Positions 34,761-49,062 of a stretch of DNA of 64,000 nt are shown piece after piece. Below the pieces are notes generated by a model. It had not been told where the DNA came from, searched no databases, and was given only the letters and a program-made list of their open reading frames with translations. Both the position numbers and the translations under genes were made by a program. Location: assembly GCA_030704615.1 (NCBI GenBank), contig CM060731.1, positions 85,126,001 through 85,190,000 on the forward strand, read 5' to 3'. The first letter of the stretch is position 1. Each line of letters begins with the position of its first letter. The DNA is from Takakia lepidozioides (Eukaryota > Plantae > Bryophyta).

Positions 34761-37677
34761 CTATGGTCTCTCCAAAATATTACACTGCCTGATGAACTCA
34801 TTGGAGTAATTGACATACTTCGTCCAGAATGGTCTTAGCTCAGGAAAGGCAATGTCCAACCATGGTTTCGCTTGTCCGTTGTAATGGATAACAGCTGCAT
34901 GCGGGATAGAAGCTAGATTGGTTTTGGTATTGTAGCCCAGGCCCAACATGTGCCAATCAGCTGGAATTGGGTGCACATTACCATCAAATGCTATTAGGGC
35001 TGGCGGCAGCGTTCCCAATCTCCATAGTGTCAAATTCAAATGAAGGTTCTGCATACACCACCACCTGACCACTTTAATTCTGGGATCATTGGTTTGACAA
35101 GGAGTGAAGAAGGTGTTCCATGATGAATGCATTTTATAAATCAACCTCCTGCATTTGGACACTCCTTGCGTGAGCGGTGAGTGGAATTCATGTTGTTATC
35201 CAAGATTACCTATATTGGAATTATGCCATTACTATATAGTGACATCCAGTGAACCCTGTCAGATGTTTTAAAAGCTAGGAGAAAAGAGAGAGGGTCTAGT
35301 GTCAGTGTTGTCAATGAAAAGATTGCATGATCTGGGTGAGATATCCACATGCCGCTACTCAGCAGCAATTGCAGATCCCCAAGCAATGCAGTGGCTAATG
35401 CTATGCCATAATCATTGCCAACGTTTTGAGAAAATGTGCCACCTATCTCTTCCAATCTTCTCCCTCTGGGTGTCTATCTTTCTCGAGATATGAAGCAAAA
35501 CAACATGTGCATTCAATATATATGCAAGTAACAGCCATGAAATGAAAGGACCACAGGAAAGTATAGCTGGGAGAAAACTACCTGTTTTTGCCAGTAGTGA
35601 TAGACGCGCGTGATGTCAGCTTGGCGCCAGGCACGCAGGTCAAATACATTCATACCATAAGCCCATGCACACTTGTCGGGATCAAATGTCTGGGCCACGA
35701 GTGGATGTGAGAAATTGAAATAGTTTTTGAAAGTTTTGGACATCACCCAGGCGTCCGAGCCATGGCAAGTCTCCACTGCGCCATTCACCTTACCATGAAG
35801 ATCCATCTCCCACAGCGGGCTCAGGTCATGTTGCACTACCACATCATCATCCAGAAACACTACCTTCTCAAGCTCCGGGAAGAGCTGCCACAAATACCAA
35901 GCAAATTCCTTCAAGTGAGAACAAACATAGAAAAGTCTCACAAGAAAGAGATATACTGCAGGAGGCTGTTAGGATTTCGCCTACCAGAAAAGAAATCGGA
36001 GCCCTGTCAGCACTGTAGTTCTGATCAGTTACCATTTCCAACAAAGAATGCACAGTTGAACAAGAGCGAGAGGAAACACCAACCGCAGGGAGGTAGATTC
36101 GCAGGTGATTCATGATGGAGATATATTTCGGAGATCGAGCCTGCAGGTAGGCGGCCAGGATTGTGGGGGAGTACTGGCTGATATTTGTGCCTGCTGCATG
36201 GTCACCATGGTAGTACCACTTTATGTCCTGTGATGTCTCCATTGCTTCAAGCACTGGCACATTGTCTCGTGTCAGCCACTGGAACTGGTGCACCCCTTTC
36301 ACCTCCACAATTGCAGGAGCCAACGTATTGAGAGAGAACCAGGCATGCATTGCAGCATAAGTCTTTTTGTCAGTGATAACATGGAACACAATTTTGCCAG
36401 GCTCCGCTGCATTGTGTACAGTGGAGGATACAACCACTGAAGCAGCCAGCACATTGTCAGTGGCTAGCACTAGGTGGTGCAGCAGCGGGTCGGTAAGTCG
36501 TGGTGCCAGGTCTGGGGAGGGCAGGTCCTGGCGCGCACGTGCATTGCTGGAATACTCCCCTGTGAGCTTCAGTGCCAGGCAGTGTAAGCCCTTTGGAACC
36601 CCACTGCTCGCATAGTGTCGGTAAAGTGCCTCCTGCAGCTTCGCTGCACGTACTCGCTCCTCATTGGCCTCCACCTGCACCTCTTGCATCAGTTACCGCA
36701 AGCCAGATGCACACCCTTCCACACCGAAAGTGACATTCAACAAACAAAGGGCTACAAGGACACACCATGGCCTTCAAGTGGTTCATCAGCGTTTGTGTGT
36801 CATAGTGCTTGGCACGAGCTACCTTCACCAAGGCTTCCATAGATTCTGGTACTTCGTCCAAGTTAGTATGTGAATCCAGTAGCACTGAGTATCGATCTGG
36901 TGGCTTCTGCTAACACCCACAAGGACACACATACGTCAAGCTACCAACTCTCCTCGAAGCAAGAGCAAGTTCAGTAGCCTTTTGGACCATCCTTGAAATC
37001 AGTGACCACACTTTGAGCAGAAGCAATGCAAGGAATGAGCCATGAGAAGATTGTGTTACTTACCGGTGTTGTATGTCTTTTCCATGGTAATCTGGGTCCA
37101 ATCTTCCTTCCAAAACAATCTGAGGAGCACAATGCAGTAGATCAGAAACACTTGGCACCATTACATACCATCTGCACCTGCAACTATGTGTTTTTTTTAG
37201 CCAACTGGTTTACAGGGGCGAAGCCTGCCTAACTAGACAAAATTGCGTGACAAACTCAAAGGATATCTGTGTGTGTCTGAGAGAGAGAGAGAGAGCCACA
37301 TTACTCGCCATACAACCTGTTCCAAGCATGTAGCACTGTTTGGATGCATATATATGCAGAGACAGCCGGCCAAAGGAACACAAAGAGGTGAAGAGGGCAT
37401 ATGGGCAGGAGGGTCTACAAACAGACAGGAAGTAAGTCTGGCCTGATGTGTGGAGAAAACACATACCAAGAGAAGAGCACTTGTTGACGCCTTCAAGAGT
37501 GACGAGAGCGGTGGTGATGAAAAAGAATGGTAGAAGGAACACAAGGAGAAGCATGCTCCAGAAGAGGCAGCGATAGCTCAGATAGCGCACAGCACCCTTC
37601 ATCTTCATGGGATCCAAGAATCCAGGTGTTGTGGATATGGTGATCCGACGCATGCTGGGTGATATGTGGACCTGCAT
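34761..37677 (-). CDS. GAUT13/14-like: Galacturonosyltransferase, GT8 family, GAUT13/14-like; 6 coding exons
   Basis: Exons 37677-37467, 37119-37064, 36909-36766, 36674-36084, 35884-35582, 35048-34761, all with GT-AG borders. MQVHISPSMRRITIS, TM helix, PKGLHCLALKL, FLDDDVVVQ, LWRLGTLPP, HYNGQAKPW. Confidence 0.93.
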
Positions 37678-40600
37678 TGTGAGCCAGTCCTGCACACTGC
37701 ACTGCCTCACTGGTACTTACGTCTCACTGTATAAACACGGGCCCCTTCCAAGCTGCTGCCTGCTTCCTCTCCAACATTATTGACGTAAACCGTCGCACTC
37801 GAGCTGCTTCCGTCCTCAGTCAAAATCGCACGAGTCTACGCAGGGATAACTCTCGGAAACTTATTAAGCAAAGCATCCCTCCCTGAGAGACCGCCCCTGC
37901 TTCACTTCTGTCTACTCCCGCCGCTGCTGGTCTGCAGCCCTGTTGTGCGTTGCATTTTCTATGCCTGAATGCCTTCCACTGGAGAGACCCCGACATGAGA
38001 GCCTCCCACCCCCCTCAACTCAAGCCAATGCACCGATATGTAAGAGAGAGGGAGAGAAGAGAGAGAGATAGAGGGGGGAGGGGGCAGTGAATTTCCTGGT
38101 GCACAAAGATCAACACAAGCCAAGCAAAGCACACAAGGTTCAACAACAATGCTCATTGGCGATGTGAGCAGGTTGAGCTGAGTAAATGCAACGGTGCTGT
38201 GATTCCAGTCCCAGCTGCCATTTCCACCTCCAGAATCCCTTCCTGCTTTTCATCACCATCAGCATCGCCCAGCGACCCGAACGCTAAGATATCGCTGATG
38301 TACAACACCCACACAGACTCACCACACTTGGAAGAATCCATCAAAACACACCGAGCAGGAATCCCTGAAGCAGCACCGAGGAAGCATCCTCTCCAGCGAA
38401 GAAGAGAGGGGTCAGAGATGGGTCAGGCACACGGGAATAGGACTCGATATAAAAGCACAATCCCCCTTGGTGGCAATGGGTCCCTTTGCTGTGACCAGTG
38501 ACAACCCTAGATCGCTCTCTACGTTCTTACCACTCCTGCTCCTCTCTTCCTCCCTCTTTCCTTTCCTCATCCCACTTACCTCTGCACTTTCTGTATCCCC
38601 TTCTCGGTGCCCACTAATCTAGTACTTATTACCAGACAGTTGTCTCCCCCTCAGTTTCTGCTATTCCAGTAAACCCATGAGAAAAGTATATTCTCCCATG
38701 TCTTTGGTCTAGTCACAGTTTTATCAACCCACAGCCAGTAAGCATCACTCTGATCTACCCTCGTTAAGCTCTTCCAGCCTATCCTCCCCATCCACCTCTC
38801 CCTCTAGTTACAGCTTGGATCTACCTCTGCTTTCCCCCTTTTTATTTAACTATACCAACTCCCTCATTTGGTCACCCCCTGCAACAGTAATTATAACACC
38901 CATCGTGCTTCATTTGCTCGCCTTTCCTTGATCCATTTGCTAATCTGCAGGTAGATTCCTCATTACGTAGGCTCTAACTGTTATGAATAACTTTCGTATA
39001 CTAGTCACACATGGTAGAAGAGGATCCTATGCCACCACAGCACACCCTACTGTGGCATCTTATGTCAATCAATGGCATCTGTCAATATCTAGTGACAGAC
39101 TGCAGACTCGGTTGTGAGATGAAATCCGGAGCATCACAAGAGGGGAAGTGGGTTATCATTCCACTGCGTCAGACGGGGAAAAATACACACTCTACCACAT
39201 GCAACGTTGTGAGGAGTTTAGCAATGTTCTCTCAGTAAGGATAGTTGCAATGCTAACAAGAGTCTTCACATCTGTATTCTTTATTGGGCATATTGACAGC
39301 CTGTCCTTGTTACTCCATCGACCGGCCGGGATCGTCAAGTGGAGAGATCCAATGGTTGAGGGAGCCAACACAATGGGTAGGTGTGACTGCTTTGTTGTAG
39401 GTAGGGGCCCTGCATCTTCACAGCCGCTGAAATTCTTTCATTTAATAAACAACTGAATTGCAACTGGGTTTTGTCACACATCTTCATTCGATAGTTGATT
39501 GAAGGGCGCTTAAGCTTACCGTGTCTAAACTCTCATTATCAAATGAACTAGCTGTTATGTGTAAGCTTATTAACTATGGGTCCTTAGTTCACCCATTAGC
39601 AAAGTGTACATCCCTTGCTTGTGTGACTTAATAATCAATTGCGGAGTAGGGTAATCTGCCACCTGCTTAGAGGATTCCAAAAAGAATCTCCTTCCTCACC
39701 AAGGAATATTGTTCATTAGAAATTGAACACTGAAGAATGTTCATGCCACTTTATTAGTGATTGGAGAAGGGGAATATTTAAAGTGGGATGGAAAATGACA
39801 AAGTGAAGATCTACAGAGTGAGATTACAGTAAAATCACAGCGCCCAAAAGAGGAAGGAAGGTGGGCCCCACGGGGAGGCGTTGCCCGGGCTGGGGTACAC
39901 AGAGTCAACCACTACTTCATCTCCCTCCCTCATCTGGTGGAGGTTAGTAAGGAAAGCCAGGCTGTGTTGGGGGGGAACAAACAAAAGTTGAAACCGAGGT
40001 TGAGGTTCAATCAAGCAGCCTGCCAGAGGAGCAGCACAAGCCATGCCTTGGAGCACGAAAGCTGACTTGGCGCTGCTTCATTGCATCATCTCTGGAGCAG
40101 TCCCCTTCCCTGCAGGTGGATCCAATCACCTTTCCCTTGACAGAGTCTCCTCCCACCATTATTGAACTCTTCCTTTATGGCCCTGAATCCAGCTGACCAC
40201 CCATGCCGCACCTCCCTATTCAGCTCCCCCCACAACCCACAGTTCCTAACAGTAACAGAAGAGAAACATGATAAACATCCACACATCGTGCATATATATA
40301 TACATCTCATAAATATAAACCAAGTGAATCTGAGTAACCTTTGCAACATTGGCGGTGCTCATTTGCAAAGCTATGACCTTTCTTCCCCTCACTTTGTGGG
40401 CCACCGCTACACTTTTTGTTTTGGGGGAAGGGGGTTTTGCAAAGGCTATGGGAGAATTCCCACACCCTCAATGATCAATTGGCGGCACCAGGTTCAAGCC
40501 TTGGTAGTAGTGTTTTTATTTGCCAAATTATCTCACTGAAATTGTCCCATCGGAAGGGTGACATTGTGGATGCACTAGGTATATGCTCTTTAAGGGCGTT

Positions 40601-42014
40601 TTTTGTTTTTCTACTGACGCTTTGTATGTTGTTATGTTGTCATTGTTGTGTACATCAGCATGTGCGTGTGCTCGACTAAGGATAATGTGATCTCTCATCC
40701 TCAAATTGGCATCACGAGGCAATGAAATATATAAATGTAGCAAAAAACTCCTTGTGACCTACCTATACTCACTCACTGTTGATGGTCACAAGTCACAACT
40801 AGCCTTCAAATGTGGCGAATGTAAGGCTTGCCATCTGGGACAGGATCTGCAAAGTTTTCCTTACAAAGTTAATGAAAACTAACTCTGTTTGCTCCAGCTG
40901 GCAAGACTTTCTTGTTGCCACAACATTGGCTAAGCTCCCAAGATTAGTCACGGGAATAAACTGCAATGTAAGTTGCAAAGTAGGTACTAACTTACTAACT
41001 GAGGGGAACGTCGGTGCTATCATGTTGGCAATCCCTCACCTAGTGTTGAAGGGTGGCCCCACCTTGGCACTATGTCCCAAGCCCTTCTAGGATAATGCCG
41101 CGGGCCCGGACTCCCGTCCTCATGCCCGGCCTGGGCTGCTGGCTGGCCCCGCTGCCAGGTCAGCTCCTCCTACGCCCTCCCATGCGCTCTTGCTGGCCCG
41201 CGCTTGATGTCGACGCCGGAACACCGGGCGATCATATTGGAGCAAGTTATTAGTGCAGGAGGTTACTGTTGTCTGGTTCCAGTTTCCCAAAAGGAGGCAG
41301 TGATGGAAGCCAACGACCTGGCTTGAAGAAGAACGGGTTACCCATGGATCTACAAGCATTTTATTCTGAAGCACTCATTTTCAAGAGCATGAAGTCTCTA
41401 CATTTCTTCGACCAGTTAGTCGGGAACAGATATGTCACTAAGATCTAGAAGAAAACCAGCTTTAGAGGGTTTTACTACTTTTCCGAGTCAGAGAGTGTGA
41501 TAAGTCAGACGTGCAGGATTGACGTGAAGCTATCAGCAGCTCTCACTTCAGAAACTGTGCACTATGAATCTGGACGTCCGCATCTCTGTTAGTCCATTGA
41601 CCTCATGTTCAAGATGTCTGGAGTCTGGACTTGGACCAGAAAGCGTGATGGCCCTAAATTCGACATGCACTCTCCAGGAATTAGATCGACACGATCATAC
41701 CAACCGAGGTCCAAACGTCCCGTCCCTTCTACGTCCTCTGTTGACCAGTGTTTTCATCTCATTGATACCTACAGCGGACTCATCGATTACCTTATTTGAC
41801 AAGCTTGATCCCAAGGGCTGACTCCCAAGGCCATGTACAACTATGATGGGTTCCAACTGCCTGCACCCTGCTTGCAAGGAGACTTTGCTTCACCCAACAA
41901 CCCAGTCTAGATGGCAGCTCGGACGGTAGAAACTACTTATCATTTTTCCTCGCAGGCTCCCCAAAGTTGTGATTACGGTATCTCGTTTGACATCTATATC
42001 TAATCTAGCTACTT

Positions 42015-42210
42015 CAGTGGCATACTCTTTGGGTTATGAATAATACTGACATGAACACATTACTGTGCATGGATGTAATTCTGGATTTTCTAAGCTTGAT
42101 GATTGATGGATGGTGTCACTGTTAAGTGGCTGATATGTTTGATTATTCTTTCATGACAACGACCCTAGGGATATTGTCTTTGTCTTGACATGACAAAAAG
42201 TATCTTCCCT
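42015..42210. repeat. Dispersed repeat, copy 3 (5'-truncated)
   Basis: Matches 338-534. Confidence 0.85.
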
Positions 42211-42232
42211 CATCTGTCCCTCTGTCCCATCT

Positions 42233-42420
42233 GCAGTTGCTCAGTCACTCCCCCCCCCCCCCCCACCTTCTTTTTTATTTTCTTTCCCTCATCTCTCCCT
42301 CTGTCCCATCAAGATGTGGAGAAAGAAGGAGAAAGAGGGAGTGAGGAGGGAAAAAATAAATAAATCAGAAGGTGGGGGGGCCCGGAGTGACTGAGCAGTT
42401 GCAGCTGCTCAGTCACCCCT
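42233..42420. repeat. Fold-back, MITE-like repeat with GTGACTGAGCAG motifs
   Basis: 42238-42300 is inverted relative to 42335-42398; 30-bp near-palindrome at 42387-42416; related poly-G/GGTGACCGAGCAG block at 22880-23010. Confidence 0.55.
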
Positions 42421-42705
42421 CCCATTTTATTTATTTTTTCCTCATTTCTCCGTCTCTCTCCTTCCTCTCTCCCTGTCCCTCTCTTTTCTGCTGCTCACAA
42501 AAGAAAAAAAACCAGAGAGGGGCTGAGCTGCTGCTGCTCAGTCACCCCCCCACCACATTCTTTTTTTATTTTCTTGGCCCCCTCTATCCCTCTCCCTCCC
42601 TCTCTCCCGTCTGTCCCTCTCCCTCTCTCTCCCTCTCCTTTATGCAGCTCCCAAAAAAAAAAGGTAAATCTCTTCCTCTCTTTCTCTCTCTCCCTCTCTC
42701 TCCAT

Positions 42706-42845
42706 GAAATTGAAACTGAAGAACACTTCTTCCATTGTCCTATATACTATGAGATCCGTGGGGATTCCACTCTCTACTCCGTGGAACCCAATCTCTCACT
42801 GAAATCTCTCATTATGAAGATCAGAAATGCATGGCTGCTTACCTG
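42706..42845 (+). pseudogene. Small LINE 3' zinc-finger fragment
   Basis: EIETEEHFFHCPIYYEIRG. Confidence 0.45.
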
Positions 42846-43829
42846 CAGTTGGGTGCCTCACGCAGCAGCTCCTTCACGCTGGTGGTCCCTCCCGCGGCGC
42901 TGGCGCTCCGCCACCAGGTCGTGTGGGCACGCTCCCTCGCTCAAACAGCCAAAAATAAAATAAAAATGAGGGAGAAGAGGGAGAGAGAGAGCGAGGGAGA
43001 GAGATTAAGGCGAGAGAGAGAGTGAGAGCTGAGAGGGAGAATGAGAGAGAGAGAACATCGAGGGAGGGCAGCTCCCTCACGCGGCAGCTCCTTCACGTTG
43101 GCGGTCCCTCCCGCGGAGCTGGCATTCCGCTGGCGCTCCACTAGCAGGTCGCGGGGGCGCGCTCCCAGCTCGCTCAAACAACAACAAAAAAAACAAAAAG
43201 AGAGAGAAGAGCGAGAGAGAAAGCGAGAGAGAGTGTGAGGGAGAGAGATTAGGGCGAGTGGAAGAGTGAGAGAGAGAGAATGGGACGGAGAGAGAGGGCG
43301 CGCGCGCGTTTGAACGCTGTGGCGCGTCAGTGTTGCGTCACCGCCACCAGAAAACGCTCCGACGCGCGGGGGTAGTTGCGCCCGGGAGAGCTCGAGAGCT
43401 AAAAAAAACAAAGTAGGGATGGAGGGAGGGGAGGGAGGAAGAGTGAGAGGAGGAGGGTGAGGGAGAGAGAGATAAGATAGAGAGATTGAGAGGGGGAGTG
43501 AGAGGCGGTCGGTGCAGCCGCGGCGCGCCAGTGTGGCGACCCCACCGGAAAACATTGGCGGCGATCAGGCGCCTTCGCGAAGGGGAGAGAGAAGGGGAGA
43601 GAAGGGCGGCCACCTTGGCAAGAGGAGGATCCGCTGCAACGTTGGGGAATCGCACGGGCGTCGCTGCCTCAGGGGGACATCACACGGCAATCGCAATGGC
43701 ATTGCAGCTCTGGCGCAAGGGTGAGTTGAAGAGGCCTCTTACCTTTTTTCTCGCACCATGACGTAGATGCAGTTTGTGAGGTAGTGGGGTACGATGCGTG
43801 TTTTTCTATTTTTGGGCACCGGGCCAGGC

Positions 43830-44828
43830 GCTTGCCACCTACGCACACACATTCGTCATCCTCGACATCGGCACCCCCATCATCACCATCATCCGCATCG
43901 TCCGTTCCTCCTATTGTACATGTTATTTCCTCATCACCATCGACATCCCGGCTATCTCGCCCGGTACTACCTCCACGCGAGATCCCTCATACCAACCTAC
44001 GTGTCCCTTCCCCTCCATTGCCGAGACCACAGCCGCCACCGAGTCCGTATCCGGGTCCTCCGGCAGAATCCGGATGGATCCCACCACCTTTGGGGACTGT
44101 GTAACTGGGACCAATGGTTCACTAGGTTCCCACTCCGGGAGGAGGGCCCCCGAAGTGATGGACGGGCACCGCCCCCTAGGAGAGGTGGATCGAAGTTGTT
44201 TCGCATGGTTGGTCCGCGCCTTCGCCGGCTTGATGACGGCACCATACGTCATCGTGGTGCTAGGGAGCTATTCACGATGGGAGTCCAACCCCATTTCTAC
44301 CAATGTCTTGTGCCTTGTCCAGTTCCGATTCCCGAGGGTGAGCCCTTTCTTTTTTGGGGTCGCATGTATTGCGTGATAGAGGCAATGGACCCTAGTATGG
44401 GTTGCGGACTTTTTTTGATGGAGGATGTAGTTTTGGGGAGATGAGAAGATTCTGTGGATTTGTTCCCCTATTTTGGGCCGAGGTACACCCACCGGGAGTG
44501 GCAATTATTGCAGACACACGGCCTTGCAGGGTCCTTGATCCATCCTTACATCCTTGTTGTGAACGACAATGATGTAAGGGCGAGAAATTTGGGCCGCAAA
44601 GCCCATATTTATTGTGACGGAAACCCCGATGTGTACAGCAACGTGGCTGGGCTCATCAACAGTTCAGTTACCTTACCGCCGGGCCACACCGCCAACGTGT
44701 TTTGGGATGAGCGCCATGATGGGGATAGTAGATTGGACCCTAACATCGCCACTTTTGTGATGACATGTGCGAGGAGGACCATTAGGGCTGAAGAGGAGTT
44801 GTTTGCATAGTATGACTTTAGGCGTTAG
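43830..44828 (+). pseudogene. Pro-rich + SET-domain protein, copy 2
   Basis: MGCGLFLMEDV, YFGPRY, SNVAGLINSS, TIRAEEELFA*Y; stops at 44442 and 44808. Confidence 0.7.
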
Positions 44829-45142
44829 CCGAGTTTCATCATGTGTAGATGGACGTAAGAAGACATTTTGTACCTTGAGGTGGCTTCCTCCACCGTGTAT
44901 ATATATACATAGGCATTGATGTGTATTTGGGTACACTTTTTCATGCTATATTCAAGGGAGTTTGGGTGGACGTTATATGTGAATTAGGGTATTTTGAATT
45001 ATATAGTGTCTCATTCATGTGGTGAAGCAATGTATGTATTCCCCTCGTGTGTATAATGTGTACTTTGGGTTTTATCCCATATGATAATGAACAACGCCAT
45101 GTATAGAAACTGATAATGACATGGTTGTTTTTGGCATCTTAG

Positions 45143-48100
45143 GATGTCGGCCACAACCCCACGACGTTAATTCATGAAGTTCATGATCTTGTCATGAACC
45201 GAGATTTTGTTCATTCGGAAGGGGGTGCGTGTCAAAGGGACCCGACCCCGTCTGACATGGCGGTCTCCGATGGTGAGGACAACAATGACAATGGAATTAT
45301 GCATGAGGATGTGGCAGCAATGGAGGACCTCTTAACGCATCAGATGGTAGATGAGGACACTGACTCTTTGAATGACATGGAAAAAGAAGCTAAAACTCCC
45401 TTATACGAAGGGGCCAAAGTGAGTAGACTTTCAACCATCTGGTTGTTGCTGAATTTGCAAATCCGGTTTGGCATAAGCAATGTGGGTATGTCCGCCATAA
45501 TGCGGACTATTACGGACTACATCCTTGCCCCACATTTGAAGCCGAGAATGCCACGATCAAGAAAAGAGGCAAAAGCAACCTTGGATGCTGTAGGAATGGG
45601 CTATAAGATTTTTCATGCATGTCCATGTGATAAGACCCTGTACTACGGAGAGGATGCAAAACTCACCAAGTGTCCAAAGTGCAACAAAGACCGATATTGG
45701 GATGATGTTCAAGGGAAGAAAGCCTCGCGCAAGGTATACCCGCGCCACAATACACTTGTATATTGCATTCTACCTTTTTGCAACTGCTACAAGACGTAAG
45801 GTTTTATTTAGAGATATTAATGACACTGATTATGATATGGGACCGACATGGGGATGGTGCCAGAAAATGCATTACTTTCCAATCATCCCGCGACTGCAGG
45901 CACACTACTGAAGCCCCTCATTGGCAAAACTGATGAGATGGCACGCCTTGCATCGGAGCCCCCCGGGAAAGGTGTGCGGGCCACAAGATTCACAAGCATG
46001 GAGGCATACTGAAGAGATGTGGCCTTTTCTCTTGGAGGACCCACGACATGTCCGCCTCGGCTTCTCCTCGGATGGGGTCAACCCATACTCTGTCCAGTCA
46101 TGTAGTTATTCCGCTTGGCCGGTGACCATGGTGAATTACAACATCCCTCTGTATCTTTCAATAAAAAAAATGCCATATCATGTTGGCTGCCATTGTACCG
46201 GGTGAGTGTTCCCATTTCATGCTTATTATTTCTTTGGATTTTACATTAATCTTCTTCTCTTTGGCGCAATTCCGATGGAAGATTGATGAGTGACGTAATG
46301 ATGGAGTAAGATGTGTCATTCATTATGAAGTATAAATTTCATGGTGGAGCATTGAAACAATGATGTGAATGTCAGATAGGGAAAAAACAAGTGAAACACA
46401 TGGACACGTATTTGCGACCTCTAGTTGATGAACTTAAGGAACTATGGAGGGGGGTGCCGGCATTGGATGCTTCAATTGACCATATGGCCCGACAATCTTT
46501 TCATATGAGAGGCATCTTGCTTTGGACAATGCATGATTATCCAGGTATATTCTGTTCCCCATGAGAAACCCGTGTACATTTACATGTCAAGGGATATTGA
46601 TGAGGATTGGGATTGATTGAAGTAACGGCGTCAATTTTCTGCACCGTAGTGGGGTAGATGCACATGGAAACTTTTTGTCTTTGCTAATGTGGCGGAATGT
46701 CTACAGGACTTACTGTTTGCTCGGGGTTGAGAACTAAATGGTACCACACATGCCTGCATTGTGGCGATGAACTTGATGCACAAAGCTCCAGCAATCTTTG
46801 CAAGATGGTGTATCCCAACTACCGCAAGTTTCTTCCTTTTAGCCATCATTGGAGAAGAAGAGACAAACACTTGTTTGATGGCAAAGTGGAGTTACGTCCC
46901 CCACCTGTGACACCGTCTGGGAACTTTTGGGAAGACCGATGGAAGGAGGCCCATCCGGAGGGGTCCGGTGAAGTAGAGATGCCCGACATGAAGCGGCTTT
47001 CAATCTTCTACGAGTTGCCATATTGGGCGGTATATATTCCACAAAAACACCATCAATATTTCATTGTCACTTTCACGACAAAATAGACGTGTAAGATTTT
47101 GTGGGTGGGGATATATGTAGGACATGAAGATTCGTCATCTTCTAGATCCCATGCATATTGAGAAGAATGTTTGCTCGTCCCTTTTTCGTGTTCTTCATGG
47201 CACGCCGGCAAAGAAGGGAGTGGCTGCGAAAGGAGATTCTCTCGGTGTTAGAAATGAACTTGAGGAGCAGGGTCGCATGCCCCATCTATGGGCCGAAGAA
47301 AATGGTGTGGACCCAAAGGGTGTTGTACGGTGGAAGTATAGGCACGCACATTGGCAATGGACAAAGGAGGAATACAAGAAAGTGATAGCCACCATAGGAG
47401 CTGTCCGAACACCAACTGTTTATGGGTCATCCCTCCGTATGAAATTCAACGAAGACGGGGTCCATGGTTTGAAGTCTCATGACTACCACAATCTATTGCA
47501 AGACATCTTGCCCATTGCAGTACGTGGGACATTGACTCCCGAGGTTCATGAGACAGTCCATAGATTGGGAGCCTTGTTCCGGTGGATTTGCTCCAAAGAG
47601 CTGGAGGAAGCGGACTTTCCACGCATGAAGAAGGAGGCGGCGGTGGTCATGTGTATGTTGGAGATGCACCTTCCTCCCTCCTTCTTTGACATCCAAGTGC
47701 ACGTAGTGGAAGAGACTTCAATTGCCGGCCCCGTTCATTCTCGGTGGATGTACTACCTTGAGCGATACATGAAGACTTTGAAAGCACATGTAAGACAAAT
47801 GGCACACCCGGAGGGTAGCATGGCGGAGGGGTATACAATGCAAGAGGCTATGTTCTACTGCATGGAGTACTTGGCAAGGGTGGATAAGGCAGCCCCTCCA
47901 ATGTGGAAGGAAGATGAGGATGTACGAACCAATGACATTGTTTTGCCCAAAAATTCAAAGAGGGTTAAATTACCCATCATGGTGATTAACCAAGCGCATG
48001 AGTTCATATAACTGAAGAACACCCCATCCATACATGAGTGGGAGGCAAGATACAATAACCTTGTTCAACAACGACATGAGGAGACGGTTGCATGGAGGCG

Positions 48101-49062
48101 GAACCATGCAAGGGTGACTACACGCGCTCCGCGAGCAAGGGGCCGGCGTAGAAATGTTTCTTCACAAGATTTGCCCATGGAATTGCAGCCTCTAAGTTCA
48201 TTCCGCCATTGGCTTCGGACTGAAGTTGAGGACACCATTGCGAAAGGTGAGGTGGTTTCAAATTTGGTGCAAGACATTGCAAGGGGCCCCTCTCAATTTG
48301 CGATCTCATACACGGCGGTTTGGGTTCATGGTCGTCATTTTCGCATTCGTGCTCTTGACATGAAGCGCAAAACAACGTTTGATTTTGGCTCGTGTGCCTC
48401 ATATTGGCAAGACTCCGTGTGGGGCAAGGGAGATACACGACCTACCATGAGCAGACTCAACTACATTGGAGAGCTTGAGAGCATACTCCAACTCCAGTAT
48501 ACAAGGCACCAGCCTCTTATCTTCAAGGGAAGGTGGTTCCAGCCACATCTTGTGGGGCCCTCCGCAACACTAGTGGAAGACGAGTGTGGTTTCATGCGCA
48601 TCAATACAGATAGGCTCGAATCTACTCATCGAGCCTTTTTCATGGCCTTCAGACATGGAGCAAGTTTTCTTCTCCGGATCAGGAAATTGGAAGATGGTTG
48701 TGCATGCTCATCCAAGAGGAAGACGTATCTATCATGGTCGGGGATCTACATGGGGCGAGGCAAATGCGGAGGAGGAAGAGACTGGTCATGATGACGATGA
48801 TGTTGGCCGAGGTTGGATAGAGGGGGTACAAGAGAATGATGACACCCCGGACAATGCATCCCGGACCCTATATGATGAGGCTCCATCAGATGCGGATGTC
48901 GGGGAAGAAGATGAAGACATGGTCATTGAAACCGAGGTGGAAGATGATTCAGATGTGTCTTTTGGTGACCAGGCCATTTATGACAATGACTCTGATGAGC
49001 AAGAAGACTTGCAGCTTGATGAGGACGAAGAAGCTCCGGATGATGATGTTCAAGTTGATTAG
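45143..49062 (+). pseudogene. CACTA Tnp2/TnpD transposase, near full length, with DUF4218- and DUF4216-like regions and acidic tail
   Basis: RLGFSSDGVNP, WTMHDYPG, GLKSHDYH, HPEGSMAEGY, YIGELESILQLQY, EPFSWPSDMEQVFF. Confidence 0.9.

Noticed and set aside
38500-42000. Short ORFs upstream of GAUT
   Set aside because: No recognisable motifs or consistent exon structure
42372-43761. ORFs in the CT/GA-rich region
   Set aside because: Low-complexity microsatellite-like sequence
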